Part shown: piece after piece, positions 44,727-59,062 of the stretch | How the letters are laid out: each line of letters starts with the position of its first letter | Position numbering within the stretch: the stretch's first letter is position 1 | Program-made: the position numbers and the translations under genes | The notes under the pieces: generated by a model | The model's input: only the letters and a program-made list of their open reading frames with translations | Database searches by the model: none | Told to the model about the DNA's origin: nothing | NCBI GenBank assembly: GCA_964016885.1 | Contig: OZ024742.1 | Coordinates: 302,932,001 to 302,996,000 of the forward strand | From: Eledone cirrhosa | Lineage: Eukaryota | Direction: 5' to 3' | Length of the DNA stretch: 64,000 nt

Positions 44727-47537
44727 GTTATTATCTCTTTCTCTTAATTTCGAGTATATTTTTTTGACCGGCCACCTTCCTGGTGGCAAGGTTGTAAAAG
44801 AAAAGAAATTGTCATTGAATCGCAAGAATGTTTTGCAAATTTTGAAGGTGCCAGCTATCGCAGCCATTTGTAGACTATGAATTAGGGAGCTGCGCTTTTT
44901 GTCCGCAAATCCAAGTTCAGTCATACTTTGGTCCAAGCGGGTTGGTATATAACCCGTAGCTCCAATAATGATGGGTATGAAGCTAAAGGTGTATCTTGGA
45001 TACTGGATATGGTCCGTAGATGTCCTCGTTCTCCTGATTTTTCTGACAACGTTTACATCAAGTGGGCAGCTGATCTCCACAACAGAACACGTTTTCAATG
45101 TGTGGTCCCAAACAACAATATCTGGCCGGTTGTGCTTTAATTTGGTGGCAGTTTTTATTTCAGGTACCACCAGTATTCCTTAGTGCCATCTGTCTCAATA
45201 TATTCTTCCTCGTTTGTTAATTTTGTTTTCCGAAGTGCATTCCAGATGGTTCTAGCTATCCCATCGTGTCTCATGGGGAGGTAGTAGCGAGATGACATTC
45301 TTTCGCAGCTGGCAACAATGTGGCCTACATCTTCGATCTTTGTTTTACATAGCCTACATTTATTGTCAGTTGATGGCCCTCCTCTTTTGTGTAGCAGATA
45401 TTTGTTAGGGAGTTCTTGTTCCTGTATTGCATAGAGATATCCCTCAAGGAGTGATGTTATAAACTTGTCGGAACTCCATGCCAAGCTTTTTGAGTGGTTT
45501 ATCCACTCTATGGTCTGTGTTTTACGTCTCAATTATCCTTGCACAACATTTTCTGTAAATTGGTCAAATTTTTCCATATCTCTCCTCCAGATCAGTGGCT
45601 ATCCTAATGATATTTTTTCATGCTCATAAACCTGGGCAAGATGGCTGTCAACCTTTTTCCTCTGTTGAAGATGTTGCTTCAGTGTTACTATCCGGGTCTC
45701 ATATGATGTTAATATGGATTTTAGACCCTGGCCACCTTCCTTGCGTGAGAAGTATAGCCTATCCACATCACCATTGATGTTAAAGTTCCCAGTAACACTG
45801 AGAAGTTTGCGAGTTCTAACATCCAATCTCACTTAGTTTTTGCAATGACCAGTTCAGCAGGCCAAATGTTGGCGTTAGAATTGGCACAGCATAAGTATTG
45901 TGGGCAATGTATTTGATGTACGCTGACAGTTCTGATGATCATATTTTCTTTACTCTTCTGAGGTATTCAGTTCTGGTTCTCTCCTTATTTATGGGTACAT
46001 CATATCTGACATTCTCATCCTGTCCAATATATCTGTAGTTGTCACCTGACTGTAGAGGTTGTATTGTCAGGCCGTTCATCTCTAGATTTCTAGAGGAGGG
46101 CACAGCTCTTCCACGTTTTACTGCCATATATGCACACTTGGGCTCACCAAATTTCATTTTGATGTCTGTTGAAAATTGTTTAATGAGGTCCAATTGTTTC
46201 TTGATGTCATTGATATTTGGCCCATACAACTTCAGGCCATCAACAAAGAAAAGAGGGAAGATACTTCTGGACCCACTTCTTTGTCCACCTTGTTTCCTGA
46301 GTAGGTAACATAGTGGATTTAGTGAGAGAACGAAGAGTAGCACTGACAAGCTATCACCCGGAAAGATGCCCTTCTGGTAATGTATCTTATCAGTCTTAAC
46401 TTGCTCCTTCTCACCTCTAAGGATCAAATTGGTGTACCAGTTCTTGGTTAGACGTTCACCAGCAGCTACCAGTGGTTGTGGAACTTTGGCTAACTGTAAA
46501 GCCTTAACAATCCACCCATGAGGTACACTATCAAATGCTTTTTGATAGTCCAGCCACACCACAGTCATGTTTCTGAGATTCTTTGTTGTTTTTTCTTGAA
46601 TCATTTTATTAGTTAGTAGGTGATCTATGCAACCCCACACCTTCCTCTTTCCACCAGCTTGCTCGGGTGTTATGATGTTGTTGGTAGCACAGTGATCATG
46701 TAAGAACAGGTTAAGATACCCGGTATATAATTTATACATGATGTTTTGGCAGACTATTGGGCGGTAATTTTTAACAAGGGTGGTTTGGCTATGTTTGAAA
46801 ATGAGGAGAGTAGTGGCAGTTGATAACCATCTGGCAGTTCTTGTGTGCCTTTAATGGTTTCTGTAAACAGCCGTATGAGATCTTGCCGATAGAAAGTGAA
46901 ATCTTCAACCAGTATCCTGTAATGAGGTCTGGGCCTGGTCATTTCCTGGTGATTTCCTGGACATGTTGGCAGTAGTCCTGTTCCAGTTCTTTTAGCCATT
47001 TAGTTTGTCTGTTGAATCCGTCATCCGTTTCCCATACAGATCTCCAGTAGCTCTCAACCTGTTCTTTTGAAGGGGTGTCACTTACAGAGATTGAGCTTTT
47101 GCCACCGAAGTTGCGATAAACTGATTTAGGATCTCTGGCAAACAATCTATTTAGCACTTGTCGTTTATGTGCAGTTGACTTATATTTTAGTCTTTCTGCT
47201 GTAGCTGTGAGTTGTTGTTTCAAATGGTGTAATTTGGAGTTTAAAGATTTAAATTTTGTATCTCCAAATCGTCTCTCTAATTTTTTTTTAGGTCTTCCTG
47301 GTGTCGTTGCTCTCTATGTTGCATTTCATAATGACTGCGATGTGTGAGATACTTCGTCTCAGGGACAAAATTTTGCTTTTTAAATTTCTCATCCACGCTG
47401 GTTCAGGCTTTCTGTTTGTATCTTGATTGCGTGGTTTTAGATGTTTTTTTTATATGATAGCAATGTGACAGCTGAAACATATAACAAAATGTTAAGCGTT
47501 TCAAATGTCGTTTCTACACCTTTAGATCGTATAGCCT
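44727..47537 (-). mobile_element. R4/Dong-type RLE non-LTR retrotransposon, 5'-truncated and degenerate
   Basis: RT WLDYQKAFDSVPH, GIFPGDSLS, FVDGLKLY; RKEGGQGL; CCHC CRLC..HIVASC; RLE HNRPDIVV..VEISCP; in (TACA)n. Confidence 0.9.
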
Positions 47538-47559
47538 GTGTGCATGTATGTATGTTTGT

Positions 47560-48154
47560 ATGGTGTTACTGGTAACATGTATCCCAGTACAACCTGTCTC
47601 ATGGTCGGGTCGTTGGCGACTAAACTGGCAACCCCACCAAGGTTTCTTGGTGAGGAGGGTGACTTTGGACATCCTGCAGAACTAAAAACAAAATCTGTCA
47701 CAGGGAAAAGGAGCTCTTAAGAATCAATTGCCATCCAAAATCACCGGGAGAGATGACCCCTTAGCTTTTGTCAAGGCAGAATTCTAGGAGAAGGAAAACT
47801 CTGATATAACACCTGCAACCCTGATGGTATCCAATGATGTTGAATTGTTCTTCTTTTTGGTAAATATCATCTTGGTTAAGAGAGGGGGACTGGCTTTGTG
47901 CAGTGCCTTTGCTCACTATAAAATCTTCACGGCACAGGCATTGCTTTATATCTGGAGATCTCTCTGCACTTGTCGACACATGGTACCATGGGCCCAGCAC
48001 TATGTGTCAATAATTGTCACAATTGTAGTGTTTGTACCAGTGTTTTCAAGTCGCTGGCTGGACTAAAAAGTCACACTCGTTCAGCGCATCGGTAGAGGTT
48101 TTCCTACATGGATATAAAGTAGTGGCCGTACTCGAAAACGAGTTGGCAGCCACC
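47560..48154 (+). mobile_element. RTE-derived non-autonomous element
   Basis: Colinear and highly similar to 3511-4110; (TGTA)n tail. Confidence 0.8.
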
Positions 48155-48243
48155 ATATATGTATGTATTTATGTATGTATTTATGTTTGTATGTATGTTT
48201 GTTTGTATGTATGTATGTTTGTATCTATGTATGTATGTATATG

Positions 48244-48845
48244 TCGGGTCACTCTTGAATGCTACCGGTAACATGTAACCCAGTACAACCTGTCGCATGG
48301 TCGAATCGTCGGCGACTAAACCGGCGACCCCACCAAGTATACTTGGTGAGGAGGGTAATTTTTGACACCCTGTAGGACAAAAAACAAAACCTGACAAAGG
48401 GCGGAAGAACTCATAAGAGTCAACGGCCCTTCCAAAAGTGTGTAAATATGTATATACACATGTACATATGTATGTATATGTGTATATATACATGGGTGCA
48501 TGTATATGCGCAGGGACATAGAAATAGTCGGGCTGGACACCCGATCGCGCGGTTAAACCACTGGGAGTGAAGGGCCCCTAGCCTTTGTCAGGGCATTCTT
48601 CTAGGAGAAGGCAACTCAGGTAACTGGGATAACTCCGATATAAAACCTCCGGTTGAGTAGTTACCGATGATGTTGATCTTTTCTTCTTTTCGGGTTATAG
48701 CTACTGTCACTCAGAGAGTGGGATTGGCTCAGTGCACAGTCTTTCCTCACTTTAAAAAATATCTTGCACGATGGAATTAATTAATAATTATTAATAATGT
48801 TATATCGTGCAATGGCCATACTCGATAGCGAGGGGGCAGCCATCA
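48244..48845 (+). mobile_element. Diverged subfamily of the RTE-derived non-autonomous element
   Basis: Same 5' hairpins, CTAGGAGAAGG motif and 3' GGCCATACTCGATAGCGAGGGGGCAGCCATC plus (ATGT)n. Confidence 0.7.
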
Positions 48846-48903
48846 TGTATGTATGTATGTATGTATGTATGTATGTATGTATGTATGTGTATGTATCTAT
48901 GTA

Positions 48904-48945
<42 letters not shown>

Positions 48946-48947
48946 GA

Positions 48948-49060
48948 AGGCGCGTGGCTGAGTGGTAAGTGAATTGAACTCTCAATCGTCACGTTGTGAG
49001 TTCGATTCCTGGACCGGGCGATGCGTTATGCCCTTGGGCAAGACACTTTATTTCACGTTG
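48948..49060 (+). mobile_element. tRNA-derived SINE head of a second family
   Basis: A box TGGCTGAGTGG, B box GAGTTCGATTCC, then CCCTTGGGCAAGACACTTTA. Confidence 0.7.
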
Positions 49061-49143
49061 ATCCTTCTACCTGGAGTTGCGACCGATAGATAGTATTAGC
49101 AATTGGAAAGACCAATGGAAACATTGTTTCCTCGGTTCGACTG

Positions 49144-49186
<43 letters not shown>

Positions 49187-49335
49187 CTGATGCAATACCT
49201 GAGGCCAGGGAGATCCATAGTTGTTGTCAATGTGCGAAGGAGTGCAACTTTCTAGCAGGCTTGAAAAGCCATACCCGAACGTCACACATTTGAATCTGAC
49301 AAGCGATTGCAATACTCTTAGTAGTTTGCCGCCAT

Positions 49336-49374
<39 letters not shown>

Positions 49375-49435
49375 AAACGTAATGAAGGAGTAACCACTCG
49401 TCCTTGTTTTATTTTATTATATATACATATATATA

Positions 49436-49641
49436 GGAAAAAGTATGACTCCGACGGCAGAGCTCAAGCCGTTTCGACGGCTATTTCTGGACTATTTATG
49501 GCTATTTCCAGAAATAGCCGTCGAAACGGCTTGAGCTCTGCCGTCGGAGTCATACTTTTCCCTATTACCCACTCTACTACCCTAAGTATTGAGTACTCTG
49601 GTGCGTTATGGTCCATCTGGTTCCTTACCACAATTTATTCG

Positions 49642-49643
<2 letters not shown>
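49436..49643 (+). repeat. Fold-back half-hammerhead repeat (family of 7681-7848)
   Basis: Inverted arms around 49495; GAAACGGC..GCCGTC. Confidence 0.7.
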
Positions 49644-49723
<80 letters not shown>

Positions 49724-49773
49724 CGTTTCTGAATTTATTGGCAACATGACCCTCCCAAAGTATAACAATATAT

Positions 49774-49836
<63 letters not shown>

Positions 49837-50142
49837 ACAATTCCTATATATATATATATCACACATCAATCTAAAACTACTTTTCATATGTTGATTTAAA
49901 ACTGCACTATTCACAAGTGTGTTTTAACCTTCATATCATGTCTCCCTATTTTATCTACACGAAAACGCAAATGTTATTGCATGATGATATTTGTTTTTGA
50001 AATGCGCATAATAAAATACATGGAACTCTTTTAACCATCTTTTGATCTTATATATTATTTATACTCCAGTCCTACAAACTGTAGAGTGCTACTTATCCGA
50101 TATCTGCATTGCTTTAATGTACTACAATAAAACTCACCTCCT

Positions 50143-50199
<57 letters not shown>

Positions 50200-50205
50200 A
50201 CAATT

Positions 50206-50269
<64 letters not shown>

Positions 50270-51428
50270 ACAATTCCTATATATATATATATATACCAAT
50301 GAAGGTTGGAAGAACACTGATGAAGGACTAATTTTATTCATATATATATATATATATATGTGTGTGTGTCTGTGTGTATGTGTGGCCAACGTGTTAGCGA
50401 AGGGGCTGGCGCTTGTCATCAGACGTCTGGTAGGAGAGGCACACACATTCCGGATAGATCCATTCAAGACAACTTTAACCTTATCGATACATCATAGGGA
50501 GTGTGGCTAAAGAATCTTGTTTTCATGGGACTTTGATCAACTTAGATCAATCGAAATCTTTTGCTATATTCGGCCGTTGATATTTGGCGGGCGTCCTCAA
50601 GTGACCGGGCTTCTTGTCTGATTTCAGAGGAAGGTTTGATACAATACAATGTGACATCTGTTCAGTGGTCCGAGTGAACGGTCACATCACGTAACCATTC
50701 AACATTATGCGCCCGGTCCGTCAATGTTACTTCATGTCTCTGTTTTGTGTTAAGAAGAAACAAACGTAGATGACACGTTTTTTTTTACCTGTTTCAGCCC
50801 TACATTTGAAAAGTAAGAAGCACGGGACTGCGTACGGTTTATAATTCTTTTATCCCCTTAGTAAAATAAGTTGGATTACTTTGAATAAATAATGAATGAA
50901 TATTACATAATTTATCTACTAAATTTTGTGGCTGTTCATTAAATATATTTTATTACTTATTTAAAGATTCACTTCTTTAAAATTTTAAAATATCAACACT
51001 TCCGGTTAGCGATCGTTTAAATTCATATATTTCTGTCACTAAGTTTTTCCTAATTCATTTTATATATAATATCGTCTTTTTTAATATATCATGGATTACT
51101 TTACTGATTACAGAAGAGAGTGTAACGCATCTTCGTTCAATTTCTGTGTATATTGTCAATTACGATTTTATTTGATGTATTATAACTACATCTATATATA
51201 CTTGCGTATAATATCTATATACACACTACACATGCTAGCAGAAACCACCTGAGGGGTGGCTTTTCCGCTAGTAGTGTTAAAATATCATGTTGAAATACAA
51301 AGTATAAACATTATCTTGTTCTGTTTTATTTGTCATAATTTTGCTTTTGTATTTTTCTACCGCGTATTATAGGTATTTTGAAAATTAGCGATCTTTTATT
51401 ACATATATCACAATGCCTCGTATTAATT

Positions 51429-51469
<41 letters not shown>

Positions 51470-52151
51470 CATATTTATATATATATGACTATATATATAA
51501 ATCAAGATGGATACAGTAAAAACTGGTTAGACTATTACCCACCATAGTACTTGATACTTGGGGTAGTAGAGAATGGTTATATAAAAAAATCGTGACCCCG
51601 ACGCCCGAGCCCCAGCCATTTCAACAGCCAGCTCCAGTCTGTTGAAACGGCAAGGGTCCAGCCGTTGGGGTCCCGACACTTATATATATATATATAATTC
51701 TTTATGATAAAATATTGATAAACCGGTGTTGTGTATTCAACAATCCGATTAGCAAGCAATGATGCATTTTGCGAGTCCGTGACGGAGTATACGTTCTATA
51801 AAGATAATTGCGAAGGCCAGATGTAGGTATTCACAATTTCCTTTATTCATAATGTGCCATAACACATATTTCTAAGGCTTTAAAAATTACTTAATGCTGT
51901 CATTACACAACCACCAACGCAACTTCATCGGGCAGATTATTTACACGTCGGCTAAGCTGATACTGTTTCGATAGTAAATCAGAATTTATTCTGATTTAAT
52001 TTCATTAACGTCTATATCATCGGGGGTGGAGCTATATCATGATTGACAGTTGGAGGACTGCATTGGGAAAGTAGAGGAGAAACCTTCAATGAAACCAAAG
52101 AGCGTAAAAAGTAAAATATATAATAATCAAGAGGTCAAAATGTGAGTGTGT

Positions 52152-52223
<72 letters not shown>

Positions 52224-52276
52224 AAATGTATATATATCTATATCTATATATATATGTATCACTTAAGGCTTTCTCT

Positions 52277-52320
<44 letters not shown>

Positions 52321-52581
52321 CTATATATATATATACGCATAATTGCATACAGAAGCGCACCCTTATATATATATATTTATATATTTCATATATACGCACT
52401 TGAAATCCTGAGTTGTCGACAAAAAAGTGACTGAGGTGGAGGTGAAATATTGAGACTGAAGCTAAATTTGATATAAAGTGTTTGGGAAAAATACACAAAA
52501 GCAAATTTCAAATACGTACCAAAACAAAATACAACCCAAGACATTGCAAAATCAAGAAACCCAAAAGGGCATGTAATAGCA

Positions 52582-52652
<71 letters not shown>

Positions 52653-52680
52653 TATGTATATATATCTATATAAATATATA

Positions 52681-52740
<60 letters not shown>

Positions 52741-52766
52741 TATGTATATATATATATGTTAATATG

Positions 52767-52830
<64 letters not shown>

Positions 52831-52892
52831 TATATATTTATATATATATATATATATGTTAATATATATATATATATGTTAATATATATATG

Positions 52893-52969
<77 letters not shown>

Positions 52970-53325
52970 CACGGCATTATTATAAATAGCAACGACACCA
53001 TTAAAAAGAACGTCAAAAACAACAACAGTGAAATATAAATTAATAAACAATACAAACAACAACAGAACTGAATTATCCGATTTTTGAGAATAAATGTTAT
53101 ATCGTGTAGATAAATATAACCAATGCCTGTAAAATATAATGTTTGAAATCTTAAAGAAATAAAAATAAGTTCGTCACCATTACCTCCACAATCACCAGCC
53201 CCATCATCACAATAAACACATTCACTATATAAAAAAAATAATCATAGAACCAAATGTGTGTTTTTTTTTCTTTTCAGGCGATGAGAGAAAACGAAACTGG
53301 AATTTTCGTATGAAAATTACTGCAG

Positions 53326-53363
<38 letters not shown>

Positions 53364-53609
53364 ACAAACACATACACACACACACATTTACACGCACACT
53401 CTCTCACACACATACTCACATACAGTTATTTCAAAAGATCTATTTAAATGTCTATAAATATATATATATATATTTATAACACTTTCTTATCTATATCTAT
53501 CTATCTATAAAAAAAATAAAGAAATATATCTATCTATCAAAATATATATATGCATACAATATTTTCATATATATATATATAGACGTATCTGGGTATTTAT
53601 ATAGCATAC

Positions 53610-53649
<40 letters not shown>

Positions 53650-54190
53650 GTGATCATTCTTCTCTCCCCTTCTACCTTCCTATTTCGCTACTTTCTACTC
53701 TCACCCCTCTTTCTTCCCCTCCCTTTCACCCTATCTACTCTTACCCCACTTTCTTCCTCTCCCTTTCTCCCTCTCACTTTCACCCCCTCGTCTGACCGCC
53801 TAGCAGTTCTCTTCTCACTTACAACTGCGGCGATATGACGTGTGTCTTTTCTCTCGATTACTCGGTCTCGAACTTAAGTTCAAATCGAGTTTCCTACCTA
53901 TAGTTGCTCGGACAAAGCTCGGTTTGTGTTTATTTTTCGATGTTTTCTTACTGTGTGTGTGTTTCTCTTTTCTTCCCCTTTGCTTTCCTTCCTTCCTTCG
54001 TTTTCCCAATAACTAATCCTGGGGTGAAGTGGTATTTTGTCTTTAAAGCGTAAAAATATCCTAGACCTCCAGTAGACAACTGATGCGGACCCCCCCCCCC
54101 CCCCCTGTTCTTGCTTACTTCGTATTCCCACTGCATTTTAAGTTACCTTAAATAGCAACTACACAGCCATTTCTATTCTCCATATATTTC

Positions 54191-54221
<31 letters not shown>

Positions 54222-54226
<5 letters not shown>

Positions 54227-54928
54227 TATGCTTACGTACATACATATATGTATACAGACGTACAGTAGTATGTATATATATATACATACATGCACACATA
54301 TGTATATGTACGTATGGATTCAGCGAACATTTATTATAATGCTCGGTGTGTTTGTAAACAAACATCCCGTATTAAGCCGTAGTGTCTAGCAACCATCGTT
54401 GCTCGTTTGTTCAACACTGACAAAAGAACGCTGTACTAGTTTCAAGCTTATTAGCTATCGTCAGCAACGTATACCTTCCTGCCAGATGATTGAACGTATG
54501 AAAGTATATACTTTCCTTATGCATATTAACGGCTGAGTAGCCCAATTTGCATATCGAGTGGGTTAATCGGCCGGGTGCACCGAAAACGATAAACGGAAAA
54601 AATGAAACGAAATTTCATTTCCCACTCTTAGTACGGCTGTTACTAGCTTGAAACTAGTACAGCGTTCCTTTATCAGTGTTGAACAAACGAGCAACGATGG
54701 TTGCTAGACACTACGGCTTAATACAGGATGTTTGTTTACAAACACACCGAGCATTATAATAAATGTTCGGTGAATCCATACGTACATATACATATGTGTG
54801 CATGTATGTATATATATACATACTACTGTACGTCTGTATACATATATGTATGTACGTATACATACTTATATTTAAGTAACAGCCGTACTAAGAGTGGGAA
54901 ATGAAATTTCGTTTCATTTTTTCCGTTT
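54222..54928 (-). mobile_element. Diverged family A monomer plus inverted partial copy
   Basis: Colinear with the 470-bp unit; inversion from ~54643. Confidence 0.8.
54428..54470 (-). ncRNA. Type I hammerhead ribozyme (family A, diverged)
   Basis: ACGTTG-CTGACGA-TAGCT-aata-AGCTT-GAAACTAGTA-CAGCGT; compensated stem I. Confidence 0.85.
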
Positions 54929-54931
54929 ATA

Positions 54932-54981
<50 letters not shown>

Positions 54982-54990
54982 CATATATAC

Positions 54991-55063
<73 letters not shown>

Positions 55064-55355
55064 CATACATACACACACATATATATATATATATATATGT
55101 AGATAAATTTACCAAAATATACGGTGGTGTCCAATCCGTATGAAGAACTCAAAGTAATCCAAATATCATGAAAAGAAAAGATGTATTCAAATTTTTTTTC
55201 GATGAAAATCACTGGAAAACAGAGTCAAGATAAATTAATAAAAACAATGAATAAAAAGAAAGAATATTTTAAAGAATTTTTTAATATAAGTTCCTTATAT
55301 TAAATAATTTTAATATAAGGAACTGTTTCTTTGTTTTTATTCATTGTTTTTATTA

Positions 55356-55396
<41 letters not shown>

Positions 55397-55591
55397 GAAA
55401 AATAAAGTTACGGGCGAAAGAGAAGAATATCCGTCATCAGTTGTCTACTAGGAATCATAGGTATTTTTTCGCGTTAGAGACAACTCCTTTATACCTCAGC
55501 CTAGGGCGAAACAATAACTAAAATAAGTTATTGGCATAAAAGAAAGGGGGGAGCGAAAAACATGTAAACATACACGAAGTGTGAAGCAATG

Positions 55592-55672
<81 letters not shown>

Positions 55673-57484
55673 ACACCTAACGTGTTTTCTCCATCGGTCC
55701 TCCTATTTTATGTCCCGTATCACAACACCACTGAAATGCTAGAATTGGCTTGTCTAGTGTTGTGCATAGATGTGTTTACTTGAAGACCACTAAGTTGGGA
55801 TGTGCTTCTCCTCTTCCTGATGTGCAGCGTGGGTCGAGTGCCTAATATCTGCTGGCTTTGGGAGGCAATTCTCTACATATAACACTTTTAGTAACAACTG
55901 TTCTAGGCAAAATACTTCATAGAACGGTAGCTTCCGGGACTATGACGTGTAAGAATCATCCCCAAACACAGCATTCTTACTAATTAAATGTAAGTGTTCT
56001 GACGAATCGTTTGAATTTTCTCACTTCCAAGTCTATTAGATCAGTGACTAAGTGCTGGCCAGAGCGCGCCGAAGTAAATTAGGTTAAGCACTCGATGCTG
56101 TTACAAGGTCTGTCTCGTGTTGCGTTGTGTTCCAGAATTGAGGTAGCTGTAGCGTGTTTGCTTATGCAGATTTACCCAAACGTCATATCGACACTATTTA
56201 TAAAGCCAGCGCTGACATTGTTTATGTCTCTTATTTCGACAAAAGTATATACGACACTTAAAAAATATAGTATCGATACTGGATCTATTTCATCACCTAC
56301 ATATTTGTAGTTTTTAAAATACTCCCCTCTTATATATTTCACAATGTTTCCTTCACATGACGATAATAAGGGACAATTAAAAACCCTCTCCATTGTTACC
56401 TAACATTCTAGCAGTCTTCTGTTATCATGAACCACATATGAGGAGGGCTACATACGTTACAAATTCGTGTGATCCTCTGAGCATTACTTTCTAATGCCTT
56501 CATGAATGGGGACGCGCGTGATTAAGGTTATAATTAATGATATCTCGCCCTACATTTGCCTAAGATACATAGAAATGTTAATGGAGGAACACGAGAGATG
56601 TGGTTAAAACAAAGTCAACCACTCTCCAAATGTGGGTAGATAAACTATAGCAGCTGCAAATGCTGCTCACCCCTTGGGCTTAATATTAGTTACCGAACAC
56701 AACACAAACCTGGGGAACACATTAGTGTTTTAGTGGAGAGCAGGAGGCTTATGTGCTACAAGTGTGTTAGTATTAAATACTACAAATCCTTTTTGTTTTC
56801 AAATCCGGTGGATGAAAACTTTACTGCTAACATCACGACTACAACAACAACAACAGCAGCAACAATTTCAAAAGCAAAAACAACGTGAGAGTACAACAAT
56901 AACAACAGTAGCAACTGCTGCAATGAAAGCAACAACAACAACCGCAAAAGCAGCGACAGAATCTTCAGCACCAACAAAAACAGCAAGACAAAGAACAACT
57001 ATACAAACTTCACAAAAAGAAATACCTAGAACAGCAACAGCAACAACGCAATATGACACTCTACCCATCCACCGAATCCTTTTTTTCTTCCACCCCAACC
57101 TAATATAAACATACATACATATGCAGACACCTCGTCACCCCTTCTCTGTTTCGCACACACACTTGCCACGCTCTTTCCCTATGGTGATCTATGTTTGAAA
57201 CGTAATTCCTTCGTTAGTTCTCTCTCCCTGACCCTCTCTTTTAATCTTTTACTTTCTCACATACACCCATAATTCTTAGCAAAAATTCCCCATAAATCGG
57301 CGTTGCTGCCGCTGCCACCATCACCGCCATCCTGACCACATCCATCGTCCTTTTCTTTTTCGATCTCTCTCATTCAGAAGCACACATTTACTTACCACAC
57401 TGTTTCACACCATGACAGAATTTTTACGCCACAGACACAACATTAAAATATATGTATATGTAATCATATTCCTTTTATATATAT

Positions 57485-57665
57485 AACAGAGAGGGTGTAG
57501 TAAGATATCAGGTGGACCCTGAGGCACCAGAGTACTTAGGGTAGTAGAATGGGTATTAGGTAAAGAGTCAGGACACCGATAGCCGTATCGACAGCTAGAT
57601 CCGAACTGTTCGGATCTAGCTGTCGATATGGCCGGAGCTCAGCCGTCGGGGTCCTGAATCTTTTC
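57485..57665 (-). repeat. Diverged fold-back repeat (family of 7681-7848)
   Basis: Palindrome ATCGACAGCTAGATCCGAAC-T-GTTCGGATCTAGCTGTCGAT; CTTAGGGTAGTAGAATGGGTA shared with other copies. Confidence 0.6.
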
Positions 57666-57671
57666 ATATAT

Positions 57672-58307
57672 ATATTGTTATGCTTTGGGAGGGTCCTGTT
57701 GCCAATAAGAAACACACGCACCAGTTGCTTTCACTTCAATTTATTATAAATTAAATTTATAAATTTAAGAATTTATAAATTTCAGGTTCCATAACCGGAC
57801 GGTTGTTCATATATTGTCAAAGTTCTTTCGTCACACATTCTGTGACCTCTTCAGTGACTAGGGATTCTTTTCTTTGTTTTGTGCCTCTCCTTTGTTCTAC
57901 CCTACGCCATCTTGTTTTTGTGTGTGTTGTGTGCTTAGTTTGCGCATCTGTTACATCCGGATGTAACACATGCGCAAACTAAGCACACAACAAAAACAAG
58001 ATGGCATAGGACAGAACAAAGGAGAGGCACAAAAGCAAAGAAAAGAATCCCCAGTCACTGAAGAGGTCACAGAATGTGTGACGAAAGAACTTTGACAATA
58101 TATGAATAATCGTCTGGTTGTGGAACCAACCAACCAACCGGAAATTTATAAATTCCTAAATTTATAAATTTAATTTATAATAAATTGAAGTGAAAGCAAC
58201 TGGTGCGTGTGTTTCTTATTGGCAACATGACCCTCCTAAAGCATAACAATATCGGTTTCAACACACGTTTTCAGATAAAGAATCTGGGTAAACAAATTCA
58301 GAAACGA
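57672..58307. mobile_element. Inverted pair of Naiad-like PLE terminal repeats without coding sequence
   Basis: Both arms match 8145-8500; centre CATCCGGATG near 57958; hammerheads at 57816-57858 (-) and 58054-58096 (+). Confidence 0.85.
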
Positions 58308-58336
58308 TATATATATGTATATATATATATATATAT

Positions 58337-58468
<132 letters not shown>

Positions 58469-58538
58469 TATATATATATATATATATAAATATTATATAT
58501 ATATATTATATATATATATATATATTATATATATATAT

Positions 58539-58763
<225 letters not shown>

Positions 58764-58803
58764 ATAATATATATATATATATATTATATATATATATATA
58801 TAT

Positions 58804-58880
<77 letters not shown>

Positions 58881-58936
58881 AATATATATGGATGTATATA
58901 TATGTAATTATAATCATATTCCTTATCTATCTATCA

Positions 58937-58969
<33 letters not shown>

Positions 58970-59008
58970 GATACATATATATATATAAGTATATATATAT
59001 GTATCTCC

Positions 59009-59059
<51 letters not shown>

Positions 59060-59062
<3 letters not shown>

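Noticed and set aside
48118-48154. HDV-like ribozyme on the minus strand at the end of the RTE-derived element
   Set aside because: No P1.1 pairing; better explained as the plus-strand RTE 3' stem-loop before the (TGTA)n tail
55780-56700. Moderate-GC unique-looking segment with short ORFs
   Set aside because: Multiple stops, no recognisable domain or supportable exon
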